A stretch of DNA of 64,000 nt from Basidiobolus meristosporus CBS 931.73. Its lineage: Eukaryota > Fungi > Basidiobolomycota. The notes under the pieces are model-generated. The model saw only the letters and a list, made by a program, of their open reading frames with translations. It had not been told where the DNA came from and did not search any database. Where the stretch lies: contig MCFE01000446.1 in assembly GCA_002104905.1 (NCBI GenBank), positions 9,630-73,629 of the forward strand, given 5' to 3'. Position numbers and translations under genes: made by a program. Below are positions 49,818 to 61,750 of the stretch, in pieces (the stretch's first letter is position 1; every line of letters starts with the position of its first letter).

Positions 49818-52800
49818 ACGGCAACTTTGCAAGTACCACACCAAAAAGCCGTAAAGTTGAGGTGATAGAAGTATGTCAATTGCAGCAGGTGTGTGTGTTT
49901 GAAGAGGATAGTAGGCAGGAGGCCATAGTTTTTTTGATTTAAACTATATGTGGGATACCCAAGGCATAGTGGGTAAGCAAATTACCAGGGGTGACTCTAC
50001 AGTGGAATATATGAATAGTGCAAGGAGAGGTAGAAAAAGGAAATACCATTTGGTAAATTAGTATGGTAGAATTATACAGAACCCATTGTAGGCCACCATA
50101 CTGCCAATATAATGCCATCAGAGTCTTGCTTAGAGCTTGTTAAAATACTGTCAGGTTTCTTGCCACATAAGGCAATTAGATTTCCTAGCCAGTTGGATCC
50201 ATATAAAATAGTTGAAGAGTGCAAAATGACTGCAACAATACCACACAGTTATTGTCACAGCACCAATCAAATACTGTCAAGTTTTATCACCATATTTGGT
50301 AGTACAATTGGCAAAATACTGTTGTGATCCTGTCATAAGATTGTTATGAGGGTCATTAACTCCAAGCTGCTGGTATTATGATGTTCTCTTAGCGGGATCT
50401 TGATGGCTGATCTGGATTGGATCCACCTGCAGGACCAAATTACTTTTCATAGGGCAGTAAAGAAAGGTGCATCCTGCTGGATCTTCTGTCTTACAAATTT
50501 TGTCCCCAACAATTATCAGAGTATCCCACAAGATCCTGTTCTAAATCCTTATAAGTGTATCTTAAGCAGATATCAAAAGTTCCTTTTAGGTATCTAAAAA
50601 TCTGCATAGCTACTGCAATATGATCAGATCAATAGTACTGATTATGTTGGTTGACAACTCCCACTCAATAAAAATATCTGGACATGCTCCAGGCATGATA
50701 TGCATCAGACTTCTGACAATAGACTGATATGGAAAGTCAGGGCTCTCTAATGGCATTGAGCACTCTTGATTTGGTTGAGTTTTGACCAGGTTAAGGTTTG
50801 TCTCCATAGGGGTAGCTGTTGGTCTACAGTCTTCCATTTGCTACTTCTTTAGTATATCTTGAATATACTTGGATTAGTATTGGGTGATAATATGGGTACT
50901 TCTGTCTATGGAGAACTTAATCCATAAGTAATAACTGAGTTCTCCAAGATTGGACATCTTGAACTCCTTAGATAGGCTGGATTAAGTCTCTTCCAATGTT
51001 GCTAGATTATTGGCAGCTATAATAAGATTACCCACATTTACAGCTAATAGTACTGGAATTACTCTATCTGGCTTATAGTAGATACTATAGTCAGCATTAC
51101 TCCTTTGAAACTCAAAGATTCCAAACAAGAATCTATCTTGCAATTGCAGGGTCTTAGTGATTGTTTGAGATCAAATAGAGACTTTTTAACCTAAAAGGCC
51201 AAATGGGGGTTATCTTAGTCCACAAATCCTTCAGGCTGGCCCATATACACATCCTCATCAAGTTCTCCATTCAAAAATGCAGCTTTTACATCCATTTAAT
51301 GAATAAAAAACATATATTTGGCAGCAATAGCCAATAATAACCTGATGGAATTAAACTTGGCTACCAGTGCAAAGGCCTCAGTATAGTCTAATCTGTTTGC
51401 TTGAGAGTATTCTTTGTCCACAAGTCTTGCTTTGTATCTTTCAACTGTATCATCAGCCTGGTATTTGTCCTGAAGACCCATCTGCATGCAATTGATCATT
51501 GGCTAACTGGTAATTTGCCTAAGTCCCAACTTTGATTTTTCATTGGGGCCTGATACTCCTCAGTCATTGCAGATCTCCAAAACTTGGTCTCAGGGCTATT
51601 TAAGGCCTCTTTTACAATCTGGGGCTCATCAATATGGACTAAATAGGTATAGGCTAAGTTTGTACCCTCATTGATAAAGTAATTTGGGCTGTTTCTTGTC
51701 CAGTTGGATCTCTGGGCATTTGATACTGGTATGATCACTTCTGGGATATTCCTGGGCACCAATTCATGCTGAAGTACAGTTATAGAGTCCTCTGCAGTGA
51801 GAAATTCTTCATTGCTTTGCTCTGATTCAATTCTGACAATTAATGGACTTGAAATCAGATTTTGTCATCATGTGATATCATTTTTGTGAAAATTATGAAT
51901 TTTCATCAAACAACTCATTGCTGGACTTGATCAGCTTCCTTGCTTTTGTATTTTAGAGTCTCTATGCGTTACCTATCTTGAAGTAGCCCAAAAATATGCA
52001 TTTTACACTTCTTGGCTCAAGTTTTGGCTGATTTCTGGGCAGTTTCTTGGCATGTGCTATGCATCCAAATATCCTTAGGTGCTCTGCACTTGGTCTGTAT
52101 CCATACCATGTTTCAAATGAAGTATGATCACAAAGTATTCTGCTATAACTTCTATTTCAAGGTATACAGCTGTGGCAACTGATTCTGCTCAAAAATCATA
52201 GGATATATTTTGATTGTGGATCATAGATCTTGCCATATCAGTTATCAATCTGTTTGCACATCTGGCTACTCTACTTTGCTGTGGGGAGTATGCTGCAGTA
52301 GTCTCTTGCTTTATCCCATGAATCTTGCAGAAGTGGATGAAGAGTTTTGAGGTATAATCTTCATTGTTGTCAAACATATTTTCTTGATCTTGTCACCAGT
52401 TTCTCTCTCCACCATGGCTTCAAACCCCCTGAACTTAGATAGAGCTTCTTCCTCTCTCTCCATGAAGTAATCCCACATGTATCTTGTATAATCATAAATA
52501 AAAGTGATTAAATACTTCATCCCGCCTAAGGATGAATTTTGCATAGATCCACACAGATCTGAGTGAGTTAGATCTAATTTTTTCCTAGTTTTGATCAGCC
52601 CAGAGCCCTTGAATAGCTGCCTGGCTTGTTTCCCAAATATGCAAGCTTCACAGTGCTCCAAATTAGTGGGGGGGAGCTACTATTACTCCGGAAATTAGCT
52701 GACCTTTGATCATTTTGCACAAATAATAAAATTTATGTGTCCAAATGTCCTGTGCCAAAGCATTGGTCTTTATTCACTTAAGCTACTTACATTAGCTTCC

Positions 52801-53849
52801 AGATATGATGGAATATAAGTCAACTTGTATATATTTTGATTGCTGATACCCACAGCAATATGGGTACCATTTTAATCAGTGATCCTGTGACCAGAATTGT
52901 CAAAGCTGAAACTGAGTTCTTCCACAGTGGCCTTGCTCGCAGATAGTAGGCTCTTGGCTACTTGTTGTACATAGAGTACTTCTTTAAAAGTCAATATATG
53001 GCCTCCTTCACTGCTTTTGGGTTACTTGGATAGTTCCTTCTCCCACCGCATCAAGTGTTATATTGTCACCCATGAGAACCTTCTGCATTGGGATTTCTTG
53101 ATATTGGGTAAAAAGTTCTTTTTGGTGTCTAAAGTGTTGAAATGCTCTAGAGTAAGTAGACCACATCTGAGAATCCTTATTTGCGGTCATATCTAATGCA
53201 GATATGAATGGTCTATCCTCATTTGTTGCAGCATTTCCATATTCAGGCTTTTATTACCATATTATCTCTCTTTTTGAGAAACTGGTCTTACGTGTGTCCT
53301 TTCCGTTTGCAGTAGTTGCAAGACAGTCTGTTGTTGCCTTTTTGGGTCTTTGGTACCTCCTTTATTGGTTATCATTGCTTATAAAAGCATTTTGTTCTTC
53401 CTTCTTATTGGTGCTTGATTCTCTTAATTCTTAATCCAGGAGCCTTCCATATATGTATTTAAGGCCAAATTTTCAGCTCTGGACTCTAGGGCTGATACAA
53501 AGCCCTGAAACTCACCTTTTGGGCTATTCAGGATGGTAACTATCATATTCTCATCAGTAGTTGGCTCACCCACAGATTCCATCTCATCTATCAGCAGGGT
53601 AATTCTGTTTATTAGATTTTTCATTTCTTCTGACTGCATCTTTGTAGTAAAGAATATTTGTCTCAGATACATTTTCTTTGAAGCTGAATATGACTAGTAG
53701 GTATCATCTAATGCCTTTCAGGCATTCTTTGCTGTTTTGCACCTAAGCATTGAATTAGCAATTTGTCATTAATAATAAGGCCAATGCAGTTAAAGGCACT
53801 CTGTTCTTTCTTCTGGTACTTTATGGCTTCCTGTCCCCCTGGTGTGATC

Positions 53850-54649
53850 TAAAAGATGTTGCTCTGAAGCATGTGCATTGACCCAATGCATGTTGACTCA
53901 ATGTGGGGCACTCTGGTAAAGGTTGTTGACGTAGTCTGGACTGATGTGTGCCGGCGTGCTGTGGTTGCAAGAGATGGTAAGGAATCCAGCAAGGCGTGCT
54001 GGCGCAATCTGGACAATGTTGCTCATGGTCTGTATTCTTCCTGCTGAAGCTCACCATCTGATTCCTCAAGGTATTCACTTACCCTCTGTCTGATACTTTG
54101 GAGCTGTTGCCTGGAAGAGTCCTGTGTATATTGCTCTTGGAAGCCACTTAGCGCTACCAATATACCACATAGTACATTGGACATGTGAGGCAAAAACTCA
54201 TTCAAAGTCTCTTTGGTTCCCAAAGTTGAGGCACAAACAGACACATCCGGCCCGTACTGTGCAAATTGCGCGCAAAATTGTTCCCACGCGGCTTCTTCAT
54301 CAAATCCACTCACTCTCAGCTCATTCTTGATTTCAATACTTGTCTTGTTTTATATCTTCTTACATACATTGGCTGGCATCTTGATGTAGAACTCATGCCA
54401 CAGCTTTCTACTCAAACTCTTCCATCTTTGTTGACGCTCTGAGGTATCTAGTTCTGCTAGATTAATCAGTAGTGCCCAAATATCTGTATGAAGGCTCATC
54501 ATAAACACTTGAGCCATACTAAAATCACTTGGCAAAAACTCAAACGGATCCAACATCAACTTTTCCAGTCTGGACCGCGTTTGTGAGCTGGGGGATGGGT
54601 TTTGTCTGGGTTGTACTAAAGATGAGTTGAGACTTGGTATGGGGACCAT
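53850..54649 (-). pseudogene. Harbinger-type accessory gene with a Myb/SANT-trihelix-like motif; in-frame TAA and TGA
   Basis: ORFs 54350..54649 and 54023..54313 share one frame; QRWKSLSRKLWHEFY...VCKKI*NK; divergent from the transposase. Confidence 0.5.
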
Positions 54650-55008
54650 AGCAACTGATTTGGATACTTATACAGCAGTATATTGGCATCAACCTGGTCT
54701 TATATGAAATATATATGAAAACTAATGTGATTGTTGATTTTTCCATATATTATGCATAATGCATCTTGGATTGTCTTGACACAAATCAGATCACATCAAT
54801 TGCAGATTTCCTATTTGATTATGGACCTATGAGTAAAGCATCAATAAAAGTACCAGGGCATTGTTTGTGGATAATTTCTGCAACATAATGATGGGATACA
54901 TGGCAATTAATGGAGATTTAATCATAATGCATTAAAAATCAGATAAATAATGCAGATTGTGCCAAATCAATTCAAACCACCTCCATACAATCATCCACCA
55001 ACTTTAAT

Positions 55009-55893
55009 ATGACTTACTCATCTGAATGGTCTTTCCAAATCAATTCCATCACTACCACTGGATTTCCTTTTGACATACTAGAGGAGATCTATTCCAAGTA
55101 CTGTGGACCATCAACCCCAATCTACTCAAGGAGATCCCTTGTTGAGCTTCTCAGCTATTACAAAAACTATTGCCCTACAAGGTTTCATCCCACCATCCAT
55201 GGCAACAAAAGTCCTAGAAGCTTTCATTCCCAGCTGACAGCAATGGAAAACCACCTTGCAGAGTGTATGAATGACTTGGAGCAAGCTTGGAATACTAGGT
55301 TCAGAAGCTCCAATAGACTTCCATATCCCAGAGTGTTTGGCAACAAGTTTCATATCAGGAGTATTTTGGATACCTTCCCAGTGAGGATTAACAGACCTTC
55401 TAGAGGGCAGAGGCACTTTTATTCTGGCAAGTACAAGGCACACTGTGTGAAGTTTCAGGCACTGTCTGACATTGACGGTAACATCATCTGGTTTAGTGGG
55501 CCATTTGCTGGAAGTAGGCATGACAAAGCACTCTGGGTAGAGAATCATCCTGAATTCAGTAGAGGGGAGAGATGTATGGCAGACTTAGTCTATATAGGAG
55601 AGGATTGTCACAGATTAGGATGTATAACAGCTTATAGGAAGCCAAGGAATGGTGTGCTTAGCAGGAAGCAGAAGCACTACAATGAGATATTTAATCATTT
55701 CGGAGTGAGGGTGGAGCACACAATTGGATATCTGAAGAGATTCAGAATATTGGCAGGTAAATACAGAGGAAAGTCATATATAGGAGAAAACAGCGGAATA
55801 GGTAAAATAGTTAAGATACTTATTAATGCACAGTATGCTCATACAAGAAGACATCCACTGAGAGAAATGTGTCTGGAGCATTATGAAGAGTAA
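55009..55893 (+). CDS. IS5/PIF-Harbinger superfamily DDE transposase (DDE_Tnp_4-like), 294 aa, open frame
   Basis: ILDTFPVRINRP, FYSGKYKAHCVKFQ, GSRHD, ADLVYIG, YRKP, YNEIF...RVEHTIGYLKRFRIL. Confidence 0.88.
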   Translation: MTYSSEWSFQINSITTTGFPFDILEEIYSKYCGPSTPIYSRRSLVELLSYYKNYCPTRFHPTIHGNKSPRSFHSQLTAMENHLAECMNDLEQAWNTRFRSSNRLPYPRVFGNKFHIRSILDTFPVRINRPSRGQRHFYSGKYKAHCVKFQALSDIDGNIIWFSGPFAGSRHDKALWVENHPEFSRGERCMADLVYIGEDCHRLGCITAYRKPRNGVLSRKQKHYNEIFNHFGVRVEHTIGYLKRFRILAGKYRGKSYIGENSGIGKIVKILINAQYAHTRRHPLREMCLEHYEE

Positions 55894-56076
55894 ATAAAGC
55901 AAGGAAAGCGCTATTCTGATCATCATAAGTAAGATTGAGTAAAATTACCAGTAACTGTATCATACCACTGGCATCATGGTAGAAATTATAGTGCCAGATA
56001 GTGCCGTAGAGTGCCAGATTGATCCAGCACTATAAACAGGCTGGCACTATGTGGCACAATCCAACAGCACAAGTCT

Positions 56077-57127
56077 ATTATCTGCATAGGGTATACCCCA
56101 GTCTTAAGCAAGATAACAGGTTTTTCCGGGCACTATGGAGGGTATTGCTGTTGAATGTATGAGATCCAGGGGATTTGCTCCTTGACTCACACACATTACC
56201 ATTACCCAAATACCAGCACTAAGAACATCATCTTTCCACACAGAGAACATACAGAAGTCAGCATGCAATTGCAGCAAAGTTGGCAAGCTATAGGCCATTG
56301 GCCAGAATATGGAGTCAATCAGAAACTGGAGATACACATATAAGGGGGACTAGAATCTAGCAGGGAGAAGGAATTTATTGGTTAAGTACCAAGAGCTTCT
56401 TTGCAGATATTCAGGAGGTCTTCATGGCAGAGGTGGTGACAGCCAAGCATATGTTTGCAAGATGTATATGCTACCAGCAGTACAAGGTTTATGCCAACTT
56501 TGCAAGTATAACACTTAAAAGCCATAAAGTGAGGTGATAGAAGTATGTCAACTGTGGCAGGTGTGCATGTTTGTAGAGGTTAGTAAGCAGGAGGCCATAG
56601 CTTTTTTTGATTCAAACTATATGTGGAATACTCAAGGTAGTAGTGGGTAGGCAAATAGAGAGGGGTGACTCTACAGTGGAATATATGAACTGCACTAGGG
56701 AAGGTAGAGAAAGGAAATACCATTGGGTAAGTTTGTACACTAGTATTTTACAGAACCAGCTGTAGGCCATCATACTGCCAATATAATGCTATCAGAGTCT
56801 TGCTGTGAGGCTGTTGCAATACCGTAAGGTTTGTTACCATATAAGGTGATTGGATGTCCTGGCCAGTTAGACTCACTCAAAATAATAATAGAGCACTAAA
56901 AGACCTCAACACTACTATGCAAATATTGTTACAGCACCAATCAAATATTGTCAAGTTTCATCCCTTTATCTGGTTGTAAATTAGCAAAACACCATTGTGA
57001 TCCTGTCATGAGATCATTAGGATGGTAATTAATTCCAAGCTGCTGGTATTATGATGGTCTCTAAACAGAATTGTGATGGCTGATCTGGATTGGATCCACC
57101 TGCAGGGCCAAATTATTTTTCATAGGG
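56077..57127 (+). mobile_element. CACTA internal-deletion derivative with an intact right end
   Basis: 56077-56335 matches 47410-47670, then the match jumps to 48590 onward; ends TTTTTCATAGGG at 57127. Confidence 0.85.
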
Positions 57128-57400
57128 TTGGTATATTGATTATTAGGGATCAAGACTTCTTGTTAAGGGATTACCTTGCTTAAATACTTTTCTCACCAGC
57201 TAAGTCATAACTTAACATGTTTTCCAGAAGGTTCTAGAGATCAATAGAAATCTTAATACATCAGTATGAGCTAAGAGTTTTATAAGTAGATGCCAGAAGG
57301 TTCTGGGGCACAGCACATTTAGCCAAGCAGGGCTCAGAGCTCTGAAACTTGTGTGTCAGCTTGTTCATGTGTTATGGGTACTTGTCCAGTAACTGCCTAA
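57128..57400 (-). mobile_element. Partial LTR (reverse), same family as 48747-49817
   Basis: Reverse complement of about 48960-49280. Confidence 0.7.
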
Positions 57401-57589
57401 CATGGTGCAACAGTTTGGCAGCTCCTGAGATACTTATAAACCTACCAATATCTGCTTAATACTCAATTATTTTACTCTTAGTTGACAGTATTGGGATGCC
57501 TTGATATGCATTGAAACAAAACTTTGAAGTTAGAGGTACCTCTCTTCTCTGAGTCCCAAGGAAGTATATTATAAAATCAGAAAATTCAT

Positions 57590-57790
57590 AAACACTGCAC
57601 TCTCTACCTTGGAGCTGAGGTATATTGCAGCTAGTGAGCCCATAAAGGAGGCTATGTGGCTGTGAAGTCTCATTGAGGATATTTAACTACAGATAAATAG
57701 CCCATCATTGTACTTCAGGATAATCAATAATGTCTAAATGAGATAGATGACTGGTTTTACTTACAAGAAGTAAGCATAAAAGAAAGAACT
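57590..57790 (+). mobile_element. Ty1/copia RNaseH fragment
   Basis: ALSTLELRYIAASEPIKEAMWL and PIIVLQDNQ. Confidence 0.7.
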
Positions 57791-57799
57791 TGCAAGGAA

Positions 57800-60700
57800 G
57801 TGAATTACCAAAGACCTCAGACTATTGAGGAAGCCATCAAGATTGCCACTGACTATGACTCAGCTATGTTTGGAGTTGGGAAGCCTACAGTGACTAATCA
57901 GAAAGGCTACAATCATTATGAATGAAGACAATCAGAAGCAGTACCAATGGAAAATGATGCTATGCAGAAGAATCCTACCTCAGAAGAATGTAAGGAGAAA
58001 GGACTTTGCTTCAATTGCCACCAGCAAGGACTTATTGCAAAGTACTGCCCTCAGAGAAGAAATGGACACCAGGCAACAAGAACCTTCAACCATATTGAGT
58101 CCCATGAACACATTAATGTGGAAGATGAGCTTGAAGAAGACTTGGAGCTCACCTTCCATATGACAGAAGAGTACTTGTCCCAAATGACCTCAAACTCAGG
58201 GAAGTTATTGTACTTGAATGGAGTAATCAATGGAGTACCTGCCAAGATCATGATTGACTCAGGAGCATTGCATGAGTACATGTCGGAGCAATTTGCCTTG
58301 AAAGCTGGAATCAACTCAGAACCTACCTAATCAACTTCAGTCTCCACAGCTGATGGGAACTCTCACATAATCAACCGTATTACCCAGCCAGTAAGAATGA
58401 AGATCAATGACTATGAAGAAGACCTACAGGCTTATATATTTGGGAACTGCAAGTTTGACCTTGTACTTGGAAAAACCTGGCTATTTTGTTGTAATCCATC
58501 AATCAACCGGAGAACTCATGCTACTCAGATCCAAAAAGACAACAAGACCTATGAGCTATTACCTGCCAGGCTGGATTTCAACTTGGTCAATTCCAGTATG
58601 TGTGAGACAAGTGAACTTAGCAAGACCCAGTTCTGTAGAGCACTTAGAAAAGGTACAGAGATGTTCCTCATGGCGGTATTACAGGAGGATTCCTCTACCC
58701 CAGCACCCCAGCAGGTCCAGACTCTCTTGAAGAAATATTCAGACGTGTTTCCAGATGAGCTTGTAAGCCTACCACCAGTCAGAGACGTGGATCATGCCAT
58801 TGACACAGGAGATAGCCCTCCAGTGAGCAAGACACCTTACAAAATGAGTCCATTGGAATTGGAGAAAATGAAGAGACAAATTGATCAGCTATTGGAGCAT
58901 GGACACATCAGGCCCAGCAAGTCACCCTGGGGAGCACCAGTGCTTTTTGTGAAAAAGAAGGATGGAACACTTAGGATGTGCATTGACTACAGAGCCCTGA
59001 ACTCAGTTACCGTCAAGAATAAGTACCCCATACCTCGGATTGATGAGCTTTTGGACCAACTTAATGGAGCCACTATTTTCAGCAAGATTGACCTCATGTC
59101 AGGATACAACCAGATTAGGGTGAAACCAGAAGATATCCCTAAGACAGCATTCAGGACCAGATATGGACATTAAGAGTACTTAGTCATGAGTTTTGGCCTC
59201 ACTAATGCCCCTGCAACTTTCATGACCCTGATGCAGACTGTCTTCCAGGAGTACTTAGACAAGTTTGTCATAATCTACCTAGATGATATACTGATATACA
59301 GCAAGACAGAACAGGATCACTTGGTGCACATTGAAAAGGTCTTGAAGAAGTTAAGAGAGAACAAGCTTTATGGCAAGCTAGCCAAGTGTGAATTCTTAAA
59401 GGAACACGTAGAACACCTGGGACATATAGTAACTAGCACAGGAGTAACCTTAGACCCCAAGAAGGTGGAAGTAATCAAGAATTTGAAGCAGCCCCATAGC
59501 ATATCAGAACTCAGATTATTCCTTGGAATGGTTTCCTATTATCGGAGATTTGTCAAGTCTTTTGCAAGTATTGCAGCCCCTTTAACTGATATCCTCAAGA
59601 AAGACAATACCTACAAGTGGGACATAGCTTGTGAGACTGCCTTCCAGATGCTCAAGAATGAACTTGCTAAGCTGCCAAGCTTAAGAATACCAGACTTCAG
59701 AAAAGAGTTCACTCTGTGCACAGATGCTTCAGATTATGCAATTGGTGGAGTGCTGAGCCAAGAACACAAGGGAAAGGACTACCCTGTTGCCTTTGAATCC
59801 AAGAAACTGAACTCAGCAGAACAAAACTATCCAGTCCATGAGAAGGAGATGTTTGCTATAATACACTCTTTGAAGATATGGAGATGCTATATTGAAGGAG
59901 TCAAATGCACTGTGAAGACTGATCATGCCTCCCTCAAGTATATATTTACTCAGAAGGTACTCTCTGGAAGAATGACAAGATGGAGTGAATACATTCAGCA
60001 ATTTGACCTGGAGATTGTCTACTGCCCTGGAAAAAACAACACAGTTGCTGACGCCTTATCAAGATTAGATCAAGTTGCACAACTCAACTTGGTGCATGAA
60101 TCAGATTGGCCTAGCCTATTATCAAAGTACTTGGAGGACCAAGCCATTCCTAATGAGGTGGATGAAGATATCAGGAAGATAATCCGTGATGAAGCCAGCA
60201 AATTTGTAGTACAGGATGAAACACTCTACCGAATTGTTGATGGAAGCCCTATTGCCTATTGCCCTTATGTTTCTTGCCTGGATTTAATACATAAGCTACA
60301 TAATGGATATGGACATCTTGAGATTGAAGGAACCTATAGCCTTGTGAAAGTCAGAGCATGGTGGCCCAGAATGAAACAAGATATTGAGAAGCTAGTGAAA
60401 ACATGCCCAAACTACCAAATCAATCAAGGCCAGCCACAAAGAATTGCCAAACTCTTCCCTTTGGAGCCTGTAAGACCATTTGAGAGATGGGGAATTGACT
60501 TTATTGGGAGACTGCCAACTGCGAGGAAATGCAACCGTTGGATCCTAGTAGCAATTGACCATAACACTAAATGGCCAGCTGCTAAAGCTGTACCAATAGC
60601 CAGTGAACAAGAAGTTGCAAGTGTCATTTACCATGAGATCCTGATGAAGTTTGGATGCCCTGTGGAGAGCTTATCCGATAGAGGTGCAAACTTTATGGCA

Positions 60701-61750
60701 AAGACATTAGAGGCTTACCTAGAAATGCAGCAGATCAGACACTTGAAAACCTTGGCATATCACCCCAGAACTAATGGAGTCACTGAGCGGTTTAATGGAT
60801 TATTTGGAAAAATGCTGACCAAGTATGCAAATGGAGTTGTCAGTAGATGGGATGAGTATATAGGCCAAGCACTCTTTGCATGCAGAGTCAGAGTACACCA
60901 CACCACCCAGCAATCACCATTTTACTTAGTGTATGGATGTGAACCAAGGATTCCAGGAGATCTCACACAACCAAAGCTTACAGACACCTTAGAAGATGAA
61001 CTCAGTCAGCCCAGTAGACACCAGCAACTGGAACAAAGACGTCAAGAGGCACAGACCAAAGTATCTCAAAGTGCAGAAAAGATGAAGCAGAGATTTAATA
61101 AGACTATAGCACCAGAAGCATTGACAGTTGGGAACTTTGTATTGCTAAGAAACAACACTCGGAAGAAGTTTGAGCCACAATGGACAGGACCATTCAAGAT
61201 CATCAGAGAATGTCCATTTGCAACTTACCAACTGGTGGACAAACAAGGCAATATCCAGGAAGACTTAGTGCATAGGTACAGACTCAAGCTTGCAAGACTT
61301 GCTGATAATACTGAACCATCAAGATATTGGTATCACAAGAAAAGAGATTCAGGAGAACCCTCTCAACTTTAGTAGGGGAGAATGTTATGATCTGCCTCTT
61401 GAATGTTTAGGTTAGATCTGTTTTTAGTCAAATCAATTAGTATATGTTTAGGTTATCAGTATATCAGTATTATCTATGAAACCAGTAGCATTAGTCAGCA
61501 AATGATTCAGCAGATCCTTATCAGACAGAAATAGATATATTAAGTAAGCTCTTATTGGGTGATGATGATGCAATCAAATGAGTCATCAGCCACAACCTAC
61601 ATTAGGAAATACAATTGGTCAGCAATTGATCTGGCAAAATGTATATAAGGAGCTGCTGGGACCTCTATAAAAATCAGTTCAAGTTTTAGTGAATACAATA
61701 CTAGCTAAACTCACTATTTCTCTACAACTCTTATACCAAGACTTGCAACA
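57800..61750 (+). mobile_element. Ty3/gypsy element (gag end, protease, RT, RNaseH, integrase, PPT, 3' LTR 61383-61750); 5' end missing; TAA at 58328-58330 and 59171-59173
   Basis: CFNCHQQGLIAKYC; MIDSGA; [21 protein letters not shown]; DASDYAIGGVL; DFIG, SDRGANF, YHPRTNGVTER, WTGPF; PPT AGTAGGGGAG followed by TGTT...AACA. Confidence 0.95.

Larger units (their letters stand above)
43595..50454 (+). mobile_element. Full-length CACTA/CMC-EnSpm-type DNA transposon with CCCTATGAAAA TIRs and a 6-bp TSD CAGTAA
   Basis: Left: CAGTAA|CCCTATGAAAAA (43589-43594|43595). Right: TTTTCATAGGG|CAGTAA (50454|50455-50460). TGATCCTGTCA subterminal motifs occur at both ends. Confidence 0.92.
43190..53830 (-). 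mobile_element. Ty1/copia internal region (gag, CCHC knuckle, protease, integrase, RT, RNaseH), degenerate and split by a CACTA at 43595-50454; LTRs not found
   Basis: YLRQIFFTTKM (gag); CNYCKRKGH; HSDLCGSMQNSSLGGMKYLITF (integrase); RYKARLV..YSQ...DYTE.FA.VAKFNSIR (RT); ALSTTEAEYMAA and DNQGCIQLGRNPTFHARTKHIDIR (RNaseH). Confidence 0.92.

Noticed and set aside
56080-56095. CATAGGG at about 56085-56091 as a further CACTA terminus
   Set aside because: It aligns with internal transposase sequence (ATTATCTGCTTTGGAGATACCCC at about 47410) and lacks the preceding TTTT.
36087-57133. Pairing the 36093 left end with the 57127 right end as one large element
   Set aside because: The flanks (TGTTTT versus TTGGTA) do not form a TSD and the left TIR is degenerate.
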